NCBI GenBank assembly: GCA_002269645.1
Contig: NIVC01003124.1
Coordinates: forward strand, 1 to 64,000
Source of the DNA: Macrostomum lignano
Taxonomy: Eukaryota
DNA length: 64,000 nt
Reading direction: 5' to 3'
Below, piece by piece: positions 24,300 through 37,244 of the stretch (positions within the stretch are counted from its first letter, which is position 1; each line of letters begins with the position of its first letter). The position numbers and the translations under genes are program-made. Below the pieces are notes generated by a model. The model made no database searches and had not been told where the DNA came from. It saw nothing but the letters and a program-made list of their open reading frames with translations.

Positions 24300-24660
24300 G
24301 GCGTAGCCCAGCGGTAGCGCAGCTGCTCTGATGTGCCAGCGACCCAGGCTCGATTCCAAGTGCAGGCACATTCATTTGGGGCTGAATTGGAATCTCGGCT
24401 TGGCTCTGCTCGTGCAAGTAACGGCCTTGAGAGCCAACCCCCCAAGGCGCAGTGAAGTGTACATGCCTAACGATAATATAAAGTTAGGGCCGCTGTACAC
24501 TCCTGTGTGAGTGTGTGCCTGCGTACGTATCCGCGCGCTTGTATGCCTGCTCAGGGGAGTCGGCGGAATGGGCAGTAGTGCCTCTCGCCGGTTGTGTGCC
24601 TATATGTCGCTTAAAGTGCGCCAGGGTGCACACAACCCCCCTGCCTCTAATAAAAAAATA
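24300..24660 (+). mobile_element. tRNA-derived SINE (family 2)
   Basis: A box GGCGTAGCCCAGCGGTAG, B box GGCTCGATTCC, A-rich tail near 24650; body GTGTACATGCC...AAGTTAGGGCCGCTGTACAC...TGTGTGAG shared with 48465-48530 and (reverse) 44880-44930. Confidence 0.75.
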
Positions 24661-26544
24661 ATACACTTGATCGCTAACTCCAAAAGGGAAACGTCGAAAC
24701 TTATACTACGGATCCACAGAGCGTAGTAGTGAAGAATGTCCATTCTGCCTCTCAGATGTTAAGTATGCGAATTGAAGCGTTTCATCTGTGACATGCCTTG
24801 CGTGCCTTTACTCGGGACAGGAAAGGCACGCAAAAAATAGAAAAAAAAGGCTCGGAAAAAATACTTATTTTCCAGCGACGCCAATAGCTAGACGTCGGAA
24901 AGCGTCGGCCAACGTCACCGACGTCAGATGGCTGCTGTATGGCATGTACGGGAACGCCCTTAGTTCAATCCCCATAAAGCTAGTCATGATAGCATGTGCA
25001 TGTATACATGCATGTACATGCGCAATGGCAAGATCCAAAAATACATTCATTACATGCTTGCAGATCGTCGTGACCAGTCGATCATCACAAATAAATTGTC
25101 ATGGGCCATGAATATACATGTAGTCCAGCAATGATCGATCCGTTTTAAACTGGCAAAGTCGGCTGGCCATTCCCTCGTTCCTTGCCATCTATACAAACGA
25201 CTTTATATGGCTGCAGTTACACACTGCAGGCATGCAGTTTGAGCTGCATACATGTAATTTAATTTGACCCAGCGCTCTGGCCGGTTGACCCGACATGTTC
25301 CCTTGTACAGGAAGCGAGAAAAAATTAGCTCCGTTTGATCGGAGCAGACTAAAATTCTTTAAAGTGCCTTTAATTTGGATCGAATAATAAAAATGCATGT
25401 TTAGAATTTTGATATATAATAAAAAAACTGTGCCTCGCCGGCCACACGCAAATCGCGCGCGCAATTCAATGATGTCGCAGCTTGTACGTCGCTGTGATTT
25501 CGCCAGGCGAGTTATCGCCGCATATCGCTTCGCAATAGTAAAGCAAACCGTTCGCGAAATCTTTGGTTACGTGGGTACATACATGTAATTTGCGTCCCGT
25601 GGAGGGATCGACCGCACTATAATTTAAGTGATTTGGTTGTTGACGACATGATGCCGTATTCGATCAACCGTCAGAGCACAGAAGACGCACGGTCTGTTCC
25701 CCCATCATCGCTCTGACAGGTCATATGCAGCATAGTGTATAAGTGTATTCTACCGAATATGGCGTAGGCAACACTCTTGCACGAGGGCATGCAGAAATAA
25801 TAATTAAGCTTGCTAAATGTACTTTACACAGAAGTCTTTGCTAGGATTTTTTAATGGTGCAAACTACAAATTAGCTCGACTGCGCATGTTTGAAGATAAT
25901 TTTTTATCTTCAGCACAACTTATGTTCTCTATAGTTCATTCAGGAGATAACAGAGATTTAGAGAGATTACTTGTGTAAAGTTGTAATAATGTGAAGGATA
26001 AAGTATTAGTTTTACGGTTTTTCGTGACTTAGCATCAAGTCAACATGCACAAATAAATGCACAAATAAATTTTTGTGAATTATAGACAAAGAAATTAGCT
26101 TAGTATCAAAGGACATTTTGCTTCTCAAAATAGTGTTTAAAATATCGTTCCAGTCAAGCTGCTTTGTTAAAGTGTATTAAGGTCTGAGAGATATTTTTAA
26201 CATTTAAAAAGCATTTTACTTTATATAACATTTTAAATATCTCGAAGCTGAATTTTTTGTCACGAAGTCGCTAGACTGTGAACATTTTAGCAACTTATAA
26301 TAGAAGTCGTAGTAAGCAAGTTTCGAGGATACCGTAGGAGTGGTCTTAATAAAAAGTGGCTTTTCAAATAATATAAAGACTTTGAGTGATATGATTGATT
26401 TACAGCAAAACTAATAAAACTAAAAGTAGGCCTACTAGTAACGTCTAGTTTTCTTTTACATCAACATCCGCCTAACCTTCGCCTCCAGGATTCTATCTAT
26501 TTACTATTCTGTCGATTTGATCTAAAAAATATCTGCTTCAAAAA

Positions 26545-29500
26545 ATGCCTCTCAAGCGAGGCAAATTTTCAGCTCGATTTCCTGCTGTAAGTTGGCTTAT
26601 TCTCTATGACTATGGCCTTTTATTTTTAGGCCCAATATATACTCAACATGTAACATTGAGTTCAATGCATTCATTAGACTGGGCCTAAACTAATGTCTTA
26701 GTCTTGCTGTGACTGATTAGAGAAATAGGCTTAGGTCTAAAGTAGAATATATATTATAGGCTTACCTTACCTCTAGTTTTACAAAAATAGGCCTAGTTTG
26801 CATTATTAACTTTTCATGATCTCTATGACTGAGTCATGTATGATTATGACAAACAATTGATCCATTTTGGCAAAGTTTTTTTCTATGTTGCAATTAAGTG
26901 GGCCTACCAAATGAAAAAATAGTAGGCCTAGCTGCCTAGTTAAAATAGCTAGCAACTTTATAGATTATATTATTAGTGTTGAGCATTTCCATTACCAAGT
27001 AACTTGCAAATGGTAACGCAAGTTACTTTTTTGTAAAGTGTTCCTTAAGCAAGTTACTTTCCTATCTTGGTAACAGTAAGTTACTCATTTTGAAATTCTG
27101 GTTAGGGCCATAGTTACTTTGTAACAATTGCAATATTTAAATTTAAAACTGATATGCTTGGCTATTATGCCAGTTGTCACATTTTTTAGCATTTTTCATT
27201 CCTAAATACAAAATTAAGTGAATAGAATTTTATAGTATTGTGCTATAATTAATAAAAAATACTTGAAAAATGTTTTTACTTTGTTAATATAATAGGCATG
27301 ATTGCTCTCACTGAAATTATCCCTCTACTGATACCAAAGTTGATGTAGTGGTTACTTCTGTCTTTATAAATAATCTCACAATGCTACCAGCTGTTACAGG
27401 GCTAATTTAATTAATGTATTTTTGCACAAATGTACTTATATTGATTGGTAGCATGACTATTCCTCTATCTACTTCTATATTGGTACCCCATTGGAGCAAA
27501 TAGGGGTTTTTGCAGACAACGTCCGGCGCGCTTGTGAAAAATTGCCTGCGCGGCTGCGCAAATGTTACTAGCATATATGTAGATCTGCACGCAGCGCGCA
27601 CCATGCACCTTGTGCGCGTAATGTTACTAGCATATATGTAGATCTGCACGCAGCGCGCACCATGCACCTTGTGCGCGTAATGTTACTAGCATATATGTAG
27701 ATCTGCACGCAGCGCGCACCATGCACCTTGTGCGCGTAATGTTACTAGCATATATGTAGATCTGCACGCAGCGCGCACCATGCACCTTGTGCGCGTAATG
27801 TTACTAGCATATATGTAGATCTGCACGCAGCGCGCACCATGCACCTTGTGCGCGTAATGTTACTAGCATATATGTAGATCTGCACGCAGCGCGCACCATG
27901 CACCTTGTGCGCGTAATGTTACTAGCATATATGTAGATCTGCACGCAGCGCGCACCATGCACCTTGTGCGCGTAATGTTACTAGCATATATGTAGATCTG
28001 CACGCAGCGCGCACCATGCACCTTGTGCGCATAATGTTACTAGCATATATGTAGATCTGCACGCAGCGCGCACCATGCACCTTGTGCGCGTAATGTTACT
28101 AGCATATATGTAGATCTGCACGCAGCGCGCACCATGCACCTTGTGCGCGTAATGTTACTAGCATATATGTAGATCTGCACGCAGCGCGCACCATGCACCT
28201 TGTGCGCGTAATGTTACTAGCATATATGTAGATCTGCACGCAGCGCGCACCATGCACCTTGTGCGCGTAATGTTACTAGCATATATGTAGATCTGCACGC
28301 AGCGCGCACCATGCACCTTGTGCGCGTAATGTTACTAGCATATATGTAGATCTGCACGCAGCGCGCACCATGCACCTTGTGCGCGTAATGTTACTAGCAT
28401 ATATGTAGATCTGCACGCAGCGCGCACCATGCACCTTGCGCACATAACGTAGCGTATGTAGATTTGGTATAACAAACAGCTGTGCACCCTTGTGCCTTTC
28501 AGGCTTTCACTAGTGTCTTGTATGCTTTATAAATTTACATATGTACATGTACATGCAGGTGCAATGCTACATGAGTGAATGCCAGTGCCTGATCTGCACC
28601 CACACCTTGTTCACCTATATACATTTATGTCATGTACTATATAATACATTTATACGTACATGTAGGTGCGATGCTACATGTAAAGCAGTTAGGCATGTAC
28701 CCGTGCCTTGCACCCGCACCTTGTGCGCTTATAAGTTCAGTATACATTTATGTATTAAAGTACAATGTTACTAGCAGTGCTCACCCATGCCTGCTTAATT
28801 GCACCTGCGCCTTGTGCGCTTACTCAAGTACATTTAACATGTATGAGCCAGCAGCCAATTCTACCCTTAATGGACTTTGCAGATTTGGTATTGTATATTT
28901 AGATGATTTAGTATATTAAGATAAGATTTAGTATATTGTGAAAGATAGTTGGATTGGTAGCTACTTAATTTTTTGTGTCTAGCAATTTAATGCAATGATA
29001 TAATAGCTAATTGGGACGAGAAGCGGAGCAAAGACATAGAAGCAAAGAGAGAGTGGCTACTGACTGCAAGTGTATATATAGAGATTACAACACCCCTAAT
29101 CCAAAACCTAGACAAACCCCCACGTAATGTGCAATGTACAAATAATCGATAAAATATATCATGCAAGAATATCATACGTCAGTATATGTACAAATATGGA
29201 ACTGCTTTACAAGAAATAATATAACGATATGAATGAAATACAAATAATACAGATAGTCATGTTTGAATAGTTTATTTCAAAACAATATGCAATTCTACCG
29301 GTGCATGCCTATGTTCGATGCACAATGTAACGTAAACATGTGTACAACGTAATTTACTCGTGTTAGATTTTCTTAGAAAAATTCAAATTTTGTAGGCTTA
29401 ATTTAGTCGTCACTGACATCCGTAAATCTAGCGCTCCTATCCAACGAATGATAGCATCCCTGAACTGGCTGCACCGCAAAATTCAACGCGGAAAAATTCT

Positions 29501-32500
29501 TGTGAAGGCATACCAAGTTGCCAAACGAATCCACGACAGGCGCGCTAGAAAGACAAAATCTTTCAGCAAAACACGTTTTGTCTCGTCCAGCTTCACCATG
29601 GTGCAGGCTACTGTAACGGAGCTCCGAATTTGGCTGACGACACTAAACGAGACGCCTCTGTCTCGCAAAAACCGCGAAGTTTTAGCGTACCTGCAGTCCA
29701 CGGCTTTTGTTACTGAGTTGCTGATCTTCAGCGAAGTGATGAAACTGTTCTGTGCAACTATGCTACGCTGCCAGGATCTACAGCTGCCTGTCTGGAGCAT
29801 GGTCGAGGATATCTCGAGGCTGTCTGTGGAGCTGGAGCAAAAAAAACTGCTTTATCCCAATTACACGAGCTCGCGAACATGGATAGAGAGCTCGATTCAT
29901 TTGCGTCAGCTACTGCAGCAAATCATGATCTCCGGCAGCATCTGCCACTGCTGTTTACCAACTTAACTGACCCACAGCAGGGTGTCTACCACGACGTTGA
30001 TTTGGCCACTACCACCACTGTTCCTCGGTGTATTTTAGATCGTAGGTGCCGGCACGTCAGTGACAGTGAGGACTCGAGCAGCGACTCAGAGTCAGATTCT
30101 GAATTGGAGGTTAGGCACGCTGGTCGCAACGTCAGATCAACTTTTAAATCGGCCTTGTCAGCAGGCGTTGAGTTGGTGACAGCCTTAGGTGACCGTCTCA
30201 GTGTACGAACGTCCCACTCCATCCCGAGTTTTATTAACCTTCTGTCGTCGGCGTTTGGCCTTGCTGGTTATGTTGGAGCCATGTGCGGTCATCTTTGTCG
30301 TGGTTCTTCCGGCGCCACAGTGTTTTTGCGGCATGAAGCGCACTTCGTGGTCTATGGTCGAAATGCTTTCAGCATGGCCGCTGAAGCCGCTCGTTCACGA
30401 CGCAGTCTGCGCGACCTATTCGATTCAGCCGACTTGCAACCAGTTGATCTGCACACCCTCTGGCGCGACACGCTGAAACAGATTGTCTGGAGTGAAGATA
30501 GCACCTCGGCCCACTGTCGGCGAGTGCTTTTCGGTGACACTGTGCCAGACGACCGAGTGCTGACGCTGGCGTTAACCGAAGTGTCAGATGAATTTGCGAT
30601 TGATTTCGGACAAGGACCTGTTAAACTGAAAGTACAGGAACAGGCGTTTATTAAAGCTATGTACAACGACGACCAACTGTACACACGATTTGGCAAGCCA
30701 CTTTGTGCGCTCTTAGATTGGGCCCTTGCCAAGGGCTGCCCTGAGGCCATCGTGGAGAGCTTGTACACTTCGATGGAGCGGCGATGCATGCAAGGCGCAC
30801 TTCAACTGTCTAGTACGCTAGAGTTGCGCACCCGCTTGGCGTGGCATTTACCGCGTACTCTTGCTGCCATACCCACGAATGTACTTGAACGGATTAGTCG
30901 CGAGTGGCTGACGTCGCACCCGGTTACGTTTTTGTCTGCTGGATCAAATAAGCGGAAGCAGGAGGTGCTAGAGCGACTGAAATCTGAAGAAGGTCGTGTT
31001 CGGCTGAAGTAGATTTTATTATACATGATGTATAACATGTTACTGTCACATCATTTAGCTAGCAACGATTTTTTATCTGCCCTCGTTTTCTGTTGTTGTC
31101 CGCTCATCACTGCATGAGAGATGAGACTATTTCTCTAGGCTGCAGAATATAGTTCGACTTGAACGAGTAAGGCCACTTAGGAGCCTGTGGCAGCACGCCA
31201 CTGCTAGTTGAGCTGTATTGTATCCAGTTAAGGCCACTTAGGAGCCTGTGGCTGCATGCCACTGCTAGTTGAGCTGTATTGTATCCAGTTAAGGCCACTT
31301 AGGGGCCTGTGGCTGCACGCCACTGCTAGTTGAGCTGTATTGTATCCAGTTAAGGCCACTTAGGGGCCTGTGGCTGCACGCCACTGCTAGTTGAGCTGTA
31401 TTGTATCCAGTTAAGGCCACTTAGGGGCCTGTGGCTGCATGCCACTGCTAGTTGAACTGTATTGTATCCAGTTAAGGCCACTTAGGGGCCTGTGGCTGCA
31501 TGCCACTGCTAGTTGAACTGTATTGTATCCAGTTAAGGCCACTTAGGGGCCTGTGGCTGCACGCCACTGCTAGTTGAGCTGAGAATTGAGCTGTACAGTA
31601 TTCAGTGAAAACGGATAATCTACATAGACATTGATACTGCATAGATTGAATGCAGCTGAGCTTTACTATAATTTTTTTTTATTTCTGCTTCCAATTTTTA
31701 ATCACACTAAGAAACTGAAAACGCCTTTATCTCGTCTACAGTGAACTTGTTACTTGAATCTTAGCATTTTTTTACTTTGCCAGTTAAGATCTTTTACATG
31801 CATTACAGGTGCAAAATTCTGTGCCTAAATTCTTTTCATTTCTAAGTATATCTATTCAATTTTAGTATAGTTGTTATCACATTTATCATGTTGTGTGAAG
31901 GCAATCTATTGACACGTTGTTATTAAAAGAAAGAGAATTCAATCATATCAGTTTATATTTCAAGTTAGTTGTTCATACTTTTTACGAATGTAGTTTTGTT
32001 TTCAAGTTGGTTTGTTTGTTGTTAACTTTGCTTTTAAGAACTCAAAAAATACTTGTTTGCAATTTTCCACTCCTGATTAGAGTGATTGCGCGTTTGCGCT
32101 CTTTTTCTCAAAACCAATTGCGCACCTGCGCACCTAGCAGGAGTGTCCGCAGCTTTTTTAAATTTGCTCCAATAGGGTATTGGTAGCATCTACTTATCTT
32201 ATTGGTAGCGTCTACATGTACTGTACTCTTTGGCCTGAGTAGTCTAATAGCACTGTTTACTCTATTTACTCTTATAAGTTTTCTCTCAGTCCTGGGTGTT
32301 CCTTGGATCAGAGGGTCATAGCCTTGCACTCTTTCTCTGCCCTGAAGTGGTTTTTCTGTCCTGAGGTGCTTCCTCACTGATTAGTGGGCTTTTTAATACT
32401 ACTTCCAATTTAGGGCTCTAGGAAATGAATAAATGAATAACTACTCTAGGAAATGAATAAGTTTTTAGGAATCTTGCAAATGAGATTTTATAAAACTAGA

Positions 32501-35500
32501 TTGGCTATTATTCTCGCGATTAGCAGTGAACAAAGAAGTTCCAAGTTAACTTCTCCTGGCCCATTCTGGGCTTCTATTTATACTACTTGTACAGTATATT
32601 TAAAAGAAAAAGTTTTTTGGTAAAATATTATTTGATTTCACAACATTTTCACAACATAAATTATTTTTTTTGTATAAATTCAAATACAGTACTTTCTAGG
32701 AAATGTTTCATGGATTTAATACTTATACTGGAAGGCTTTTTACTATAAAACAAAGCATACTGCATCATTAATTTTGGTAGAATATTTTTGCTTTTCATTT
32801 TAAGTTAATAAAAGTATTTTGTTTCAGCCTAGTTCTTAAAAACAAACAATAAAAAAAGAAATTCATCTATAGCCTCCACAAGTCCACTAGCACTACATTG
32901 CACTATACCATTTTATATTGTTCTATTTATTTTACTTTATATTGATTATTGATTACCATTGCCCATTGGTCTATCTACTTGCTTTACATTGTATCGCCAA
33001 ATCTTGCTTCTATCTATTAATTGGTTAAACACAATGCCCAATGGCAAATTTCAGTAACAACAATGTCAATAATGAGTTAGAATCTGTATCTACCACTGGT
33101 AGTAGTAGATATGGTAATAGTAAATCAACTGCTATTAATTTTGTTAATAACATAGGTAATAGAAGTGAGTAACAGACAATAACTTAAAAGTTACCAGATT
33201 TTTGTATAAAGTTACTAAGCTAATATAAGCTACTTTTTAAAGTGGTAGGCTAACTTAAATTATAGTATGCAAGTTACTTTTTTGAGCAACTTGCCTAATA
33301 CTGTATATTATATATTGATAACTAAAATAGAGTCATTTATATTTCAAACTGCGATGAAAACAAAATCTAAAAGCAAAAGGTTTGACAAAATTAATTGAGC
33401 AAAGATAGGCCTAGTAGTTCTCTTGGTTACACTGCTATATTTTAAAAGGAACTAAAAGAAGGAAAAAGAGTAAAAATTGGCAGTATGCATGCCATATATT
33501 TATAGACATGATTTTTTAAATATTTAATCCCTTTAGCATCAAGCAATTTCTTAGCCACAATGCATATACCATCTCAGAAACATTTTTGATCAAACAGTGC
33601 AAGTTTGAAAAAAATCGATTGAGCCATTTCTTCTTTAATTGATCATATAAATACCTACTTACTTATTAACAAACCATTTTTTGTACATGGAGAGATTTAG
33701 TATATTTGGATTTAGTTTTCTTAAAAGTTTTAGAAGTATTTCTTATACTAGTATAACAAATTTAAAGAATATACAGATTATGGATTATAAAAGGCCTTGC
33801 ATATTAAGTTTTATACAATGTGAAATTTTAGTTTTATAAAGTTTGGTCTTGTGAAATAAGGTTTTCAGCATTGTGAAATTGTGGTCTTATGAAGCCCCCT
33901 TCCCCTTCTTGAGATGCACAATTGTGCTCCACTTTTCTTTCCTTGTATAACAAGACAATTTTCCAAGATCACTACTTGTAGGCAGTTGCAAAATGAAGCA
34001 CAACTTCAAAGCAGTGGCAATGCTAGTGGCTCTAAATATTGTGACTTACTTGTCTTGCATTTGAAAGCCCACAGCAGTTGGTACTAAAATTGCAGCAATC
34101 GCAGCAGTATGCTTTTTTTCATTTTCATGTTGTTTCAGCACCTGAATACCTGACTGCTACAGACACAGGTTGTTAGCATGTTGCTCTGGTTCAAGTTGAA
34201 GCATTATCTAACAAATATACATATTTATATTTTAGGGCCGCATCAAGAAGATTATGCAATTGGACAAGGAGGTTGGAAAAGTGTCAGCTACTGTTCCACC
34301 TGTTGTGTGTGAGGTTCTTTTATTTTTTGACAAATCAATTTTGTAATCAGTTTTCTTTGAATCGAGGCTGGTCTAGACAAAATCAATCTATTAAAAATCG
34401 TTTTTGAAATTTTTTTCAGCTCGCGCTTTGGAACTGTTTGTTGAAAATCTCATTAGCGAATCGTTTCAATTGGCTCAGCGAAACAATTTAACAAAAACTA
34501 TCTCTGTGTCGCATTTGTGAGTGTTACACAAGTTTTTCGATTGCTTTGACATTCTAGCTAAGCGTCTAACTAATGGCAGAAGGATTTATTATATGAAGGA
34601 AGCCACAATGGGGTAGCAGAGGCACCTGATGAAGGCAACAATGGGGTAGCAGAGGCACCTGATGTAGGCAACCACAATGGGGTAGCAGAGGCACCTGATG
34701 AAGGCAACAATCGGGTAGCAGAAGCATCTGATAAAGTCAACAATGGGGTAGCAGAAGCACCTGATAAAGGCAACAATGGGGTAGCAGAAGCACCTGATAA
34801 AGGCAACAATGGGGTAGCAGAGGCATCTGATGAAGGAAACAATGGGGTAGCAGAGGCATCTGATAAAGTCAACAATGGGGTAGCAGAGGCATCTGATAAA
34901 GTCAACAATGGGGTAGCAGAGGCATCTGATGAAGGCAACAATGGGGTAGCAGAGGCATCTGATAAAGTCAACAATGGGGTAGCAGAGGCATCTGATAAAG
35001 TCAACAATGGGGTAGCAGAGGCATCTGATAAAGTCAACAATGGGGTAGCAGAGTAGCAGAGGCACCTGATAAAGTCAACAATGGGGTAGCAGAGTAGCAG
35101 AGGCACCTGATAAAGGCAACAATGAGGTAGCAGAAGCACCTGATGAAGGCAACCACAATGGGGTAGCAGAAGCACCTGATGAAGGCAACCACAATGGGGT
35201 AGCAGAGGCACCTGATGAAGGTAACAATGGGGTAGGAGAGCCATCTCACGAAGGCCAACATGACTCACCCTCCGTCCAGGAAGCACGTGATTGAACGCGA
35301 GGAGAAGTTCAGCTTCGCCAGAAAGTTGGTCCGCAATGTGCAAGAACTGCAAATCAAGGCTCTTAGCGACACTCTGCTTAGCGATTCCACCACAGCTGCC
35401 GGCTCTGCGTCTTCTTCGTCGGCAATTTTTGCAGCCTCCGTCGGCGGCGCGTCTTCATCGTCGACGGCGCCAAAAAAGCGCGGCAGAAAACCGAAACGAC

Positions 35501-35883
35501 TCCTAGAAGCGGCAGACTCTGCAACAACAGCAGCAACAATATCGGCTACAGCGGAGCCGCGTCAGAAAAGGAAATATACAAGGCGAGCTCCCACTGCCGC
35601 TCAATTGGCTGCCGCGGCCGCCGCCTCTGCGGTTGAAGAGCCCGAGCCCGTTCTGAAATCAGCCAAAGCAGAGATTAAGCCTATTGAGACTGTTGATGCA
35701 GAAGAGGATGACAATGATGGAGAAGAAGATATTGACGATGAGAACGATGATGATGATAATGATGATGATGATGATGAGGCTGCGGAAGCTGCAGCCGCTG
35801 CGGCCGTGGTTTCTGCCGACGTTTATCCTGTTGGTCAGGCTCAGCATCTTGACAACGACCAGGATGGTGAATATGACGACTAA
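26545..35883 (+). CDS. DRAP1: Dr1-associated corepressor / NC2-alpha (histone fold), 4 exons, ~271 aa
   Basis: Exons 26545-26586 (MPLKRGKFSARFPA), 34236-34308 (GRIKKIMQLDKEVGKVSATVPPVV), 34420-34516 (SRALELFVENL...SHL), 35280-35883 (KHVIEREEKFSFARKLV + basic/acidic tail); phases 0,1,2 consistent. Confidence 0.9.
27560..28438. repeat. 59-bp near-perfect tandem array inside the inner transposon
   Basis: Unit GTAATGTTACTAGCATATATGTAGATCTGCACGCAGCGCGCACCATGCACCTTGTGCGC, ~15 copies, followed by degenerate copies to ~28900. Confidence 0.97.
29407..31012 (+). pseudogene. hAT-like transposase (C-terminal part), frameshifted at an A8 run
   Basis: ORFs 29448-29966 and 29879-31012 join at AAAAAAAA 29839-46. 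KSFSKTRF resembles the hAT TRW motif; LDWALAKGCPEAIVESLYTSM...LELRTRLAW resembles the hAT dimerisation region; ORFs lie within TIRs. Confidence 0.65.
31168..31580. repeat. 61-bp tandem array inside the inner transposon
   Basis: CTGCTAGTTG at 31201, 31262, 31323, 31384, 31445, 31506, 31567. Confidence 0.95.
34585..35235. repeat. 36/39-bp minisatellite in DRAP1 intron 3
   Basis: Unit GGGGTAGCAGAGGCAYCTGATRAAGKCAACAAT. Confidence 0.95.
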
Positions 35884-36019
35884 TTATTGACGTTCGAATC
35901 GCTGCCGTAAGCTTCTTATTTTATGGCAGAAATTGTAGATTGCTGCTTTTTAGTTTACAAAATCAGTTGATTTGCCGTTCGATTCTAAAATCTTGGGTCC
36001 CTCCATTGCAGGGGGGGGG

Positions 36020-36620
36020 TCCATTCCGCTCTTCCATTTCCCCTATCCCATAGACACCTTGCGGAGGTCAATGCCCCCTCTTCCCCTCTTCTATTAATCC
36101 CCATCTTACAGACACGTTGGGGGTCACTGGCCTTTCTGTTATCCCATAGACACCTTGTAGGGGTCAGTGCCCCCTCTTCTTTTGATCCCTATCTCACAGA
36201 CACCTTAGGGGGGTCATTGCCCCTTCTGTTATCCCATAGATACCTTGTAGGGGTCAGTGCCCCCTCTGTTGATCCCTATCTCATAGACACCTTAGGAGGG
36301 GTAAATACCCCTCTTCCGTTGTTCCCCATCTCTTAGACACATTGGGGTCACTGCCCCTCCTGTTTTCCCATAGACACCTTGTGGGTTCGCTCGCATTTTT
36401 CCTATGTCACTTACTGGCTCCATCGGGTCAATGCCCCTCCTGTTATCCCATAGACACCTTGTGGGGGTCACTGCCCCTTCTGTTATCCCATAGACACCTT
36501 GTGGGGGTCAATGCCCCTCCTGTTATCCCATAGACACCTTGGTGGTGGGGCAATTCACCCTCTGTTGGTCTCATCCCATAGACACATTGCAGTGTTCCTT
36601 TTTGACCCCCGTTCCACAGA
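36020..36620. repeat. Degenerate tandem repeat downstream of DRAP1
   Basis: Recurrent CCCATAGACACCTT...GGGGTCA...GCCCCT. Confidence 0.75.
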
Positions 36621-37244
36621 CCCCCATTTTGTTTGTTTATGCTATAATAACTACTTAATTAAAGTAAAATCTCAGTAATGTACGTTGATCTTGATAATGC
36701 TAGCTATAAAAATTGAGAAAACTAACTGCTGTTGTGCTGCATTGTCATTATAACAGCGCAGATTTGAGCTCGCCTCATATGGTGCTTCGGTAAATATAGG
36801 ATTGGTTGTACTTTTAACAAATACATTTAGACCGACTTATATTCTGTGTAAAAACTTTGCTGTTAAATGTGAATTATTGTTGGTGTTTAAATTGAAAAAA
36901 ATCCATTGTATTCGCCGTTGTAAATAGGAGGCATTGACAACTTTATAATTGTGACTGACTATTGTTTGTATGCTTCTGTTAATATATTCTGTGGGTTTAC
37001 CTATTAAATCATATTTTCCTGCTTATTTCATAACTTCTTTCTTTTCGGAACTATGAAAAATTCTCTCTTTGCCAATACGTCGCTTATAGTTAATTTATTT
37101 ATTTCGTTTCCGTTACAATTTATGTACTTTTCAGGTGTTTTTTGCAAAATTACAATTAATTGCTGTTCCAATACGGCTTGTTGCTGTTGCTTTTGGAGAT
37201 TCGCTTTTTCCGTTTTTTTTCATTTTAGTTGCTTAAAATGCCTC

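Larger units (their letters stand above)
27486..32177 (+). mobile_element. Inner DNA transposon, 16-bp TIRs, 8-bp TSD, carrying a hAT-like transposase
   Basis: TIR CCCCATTGGAGCAAAT (27486-27501) / ATTTGCTCCAATAGGG (32162-32177), 15/16 match; TSD TATTGGTA (27478-85 / 32178-85). Confidence 0.85.
26974..33303. mobile_element. Outer hAT-type DNA transposon in DRAP1 intron 1 (non-autonomous, interrupted by the inner element)
   Basis: Perfect 8-bp TSD TATATTAT (26966-73 / 33304-11); imperfect TIRs TAGTGTTGAGCA vs reverse-complement CAGTATTAGGCA; subterminal AAGTTACT/GTAAC repeats at both ends. Confidence 0.75.

Noticed and set aside
27560-31580. CRISPR-like appearance of regular arrays (also 49850-50635)
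   Set aside because: Head-to-tail repeats without unique spacers, no cas genes, eukaryotic context.
34600-35230. CTGATGA...GAAA hammerhead-like core in the DRAP1 intron 3 repeat
   Set aside because: GAAA occurs in only one unit variant and no stems I/III could be formed. No hammerhead core was seen near the Penelope relic either.
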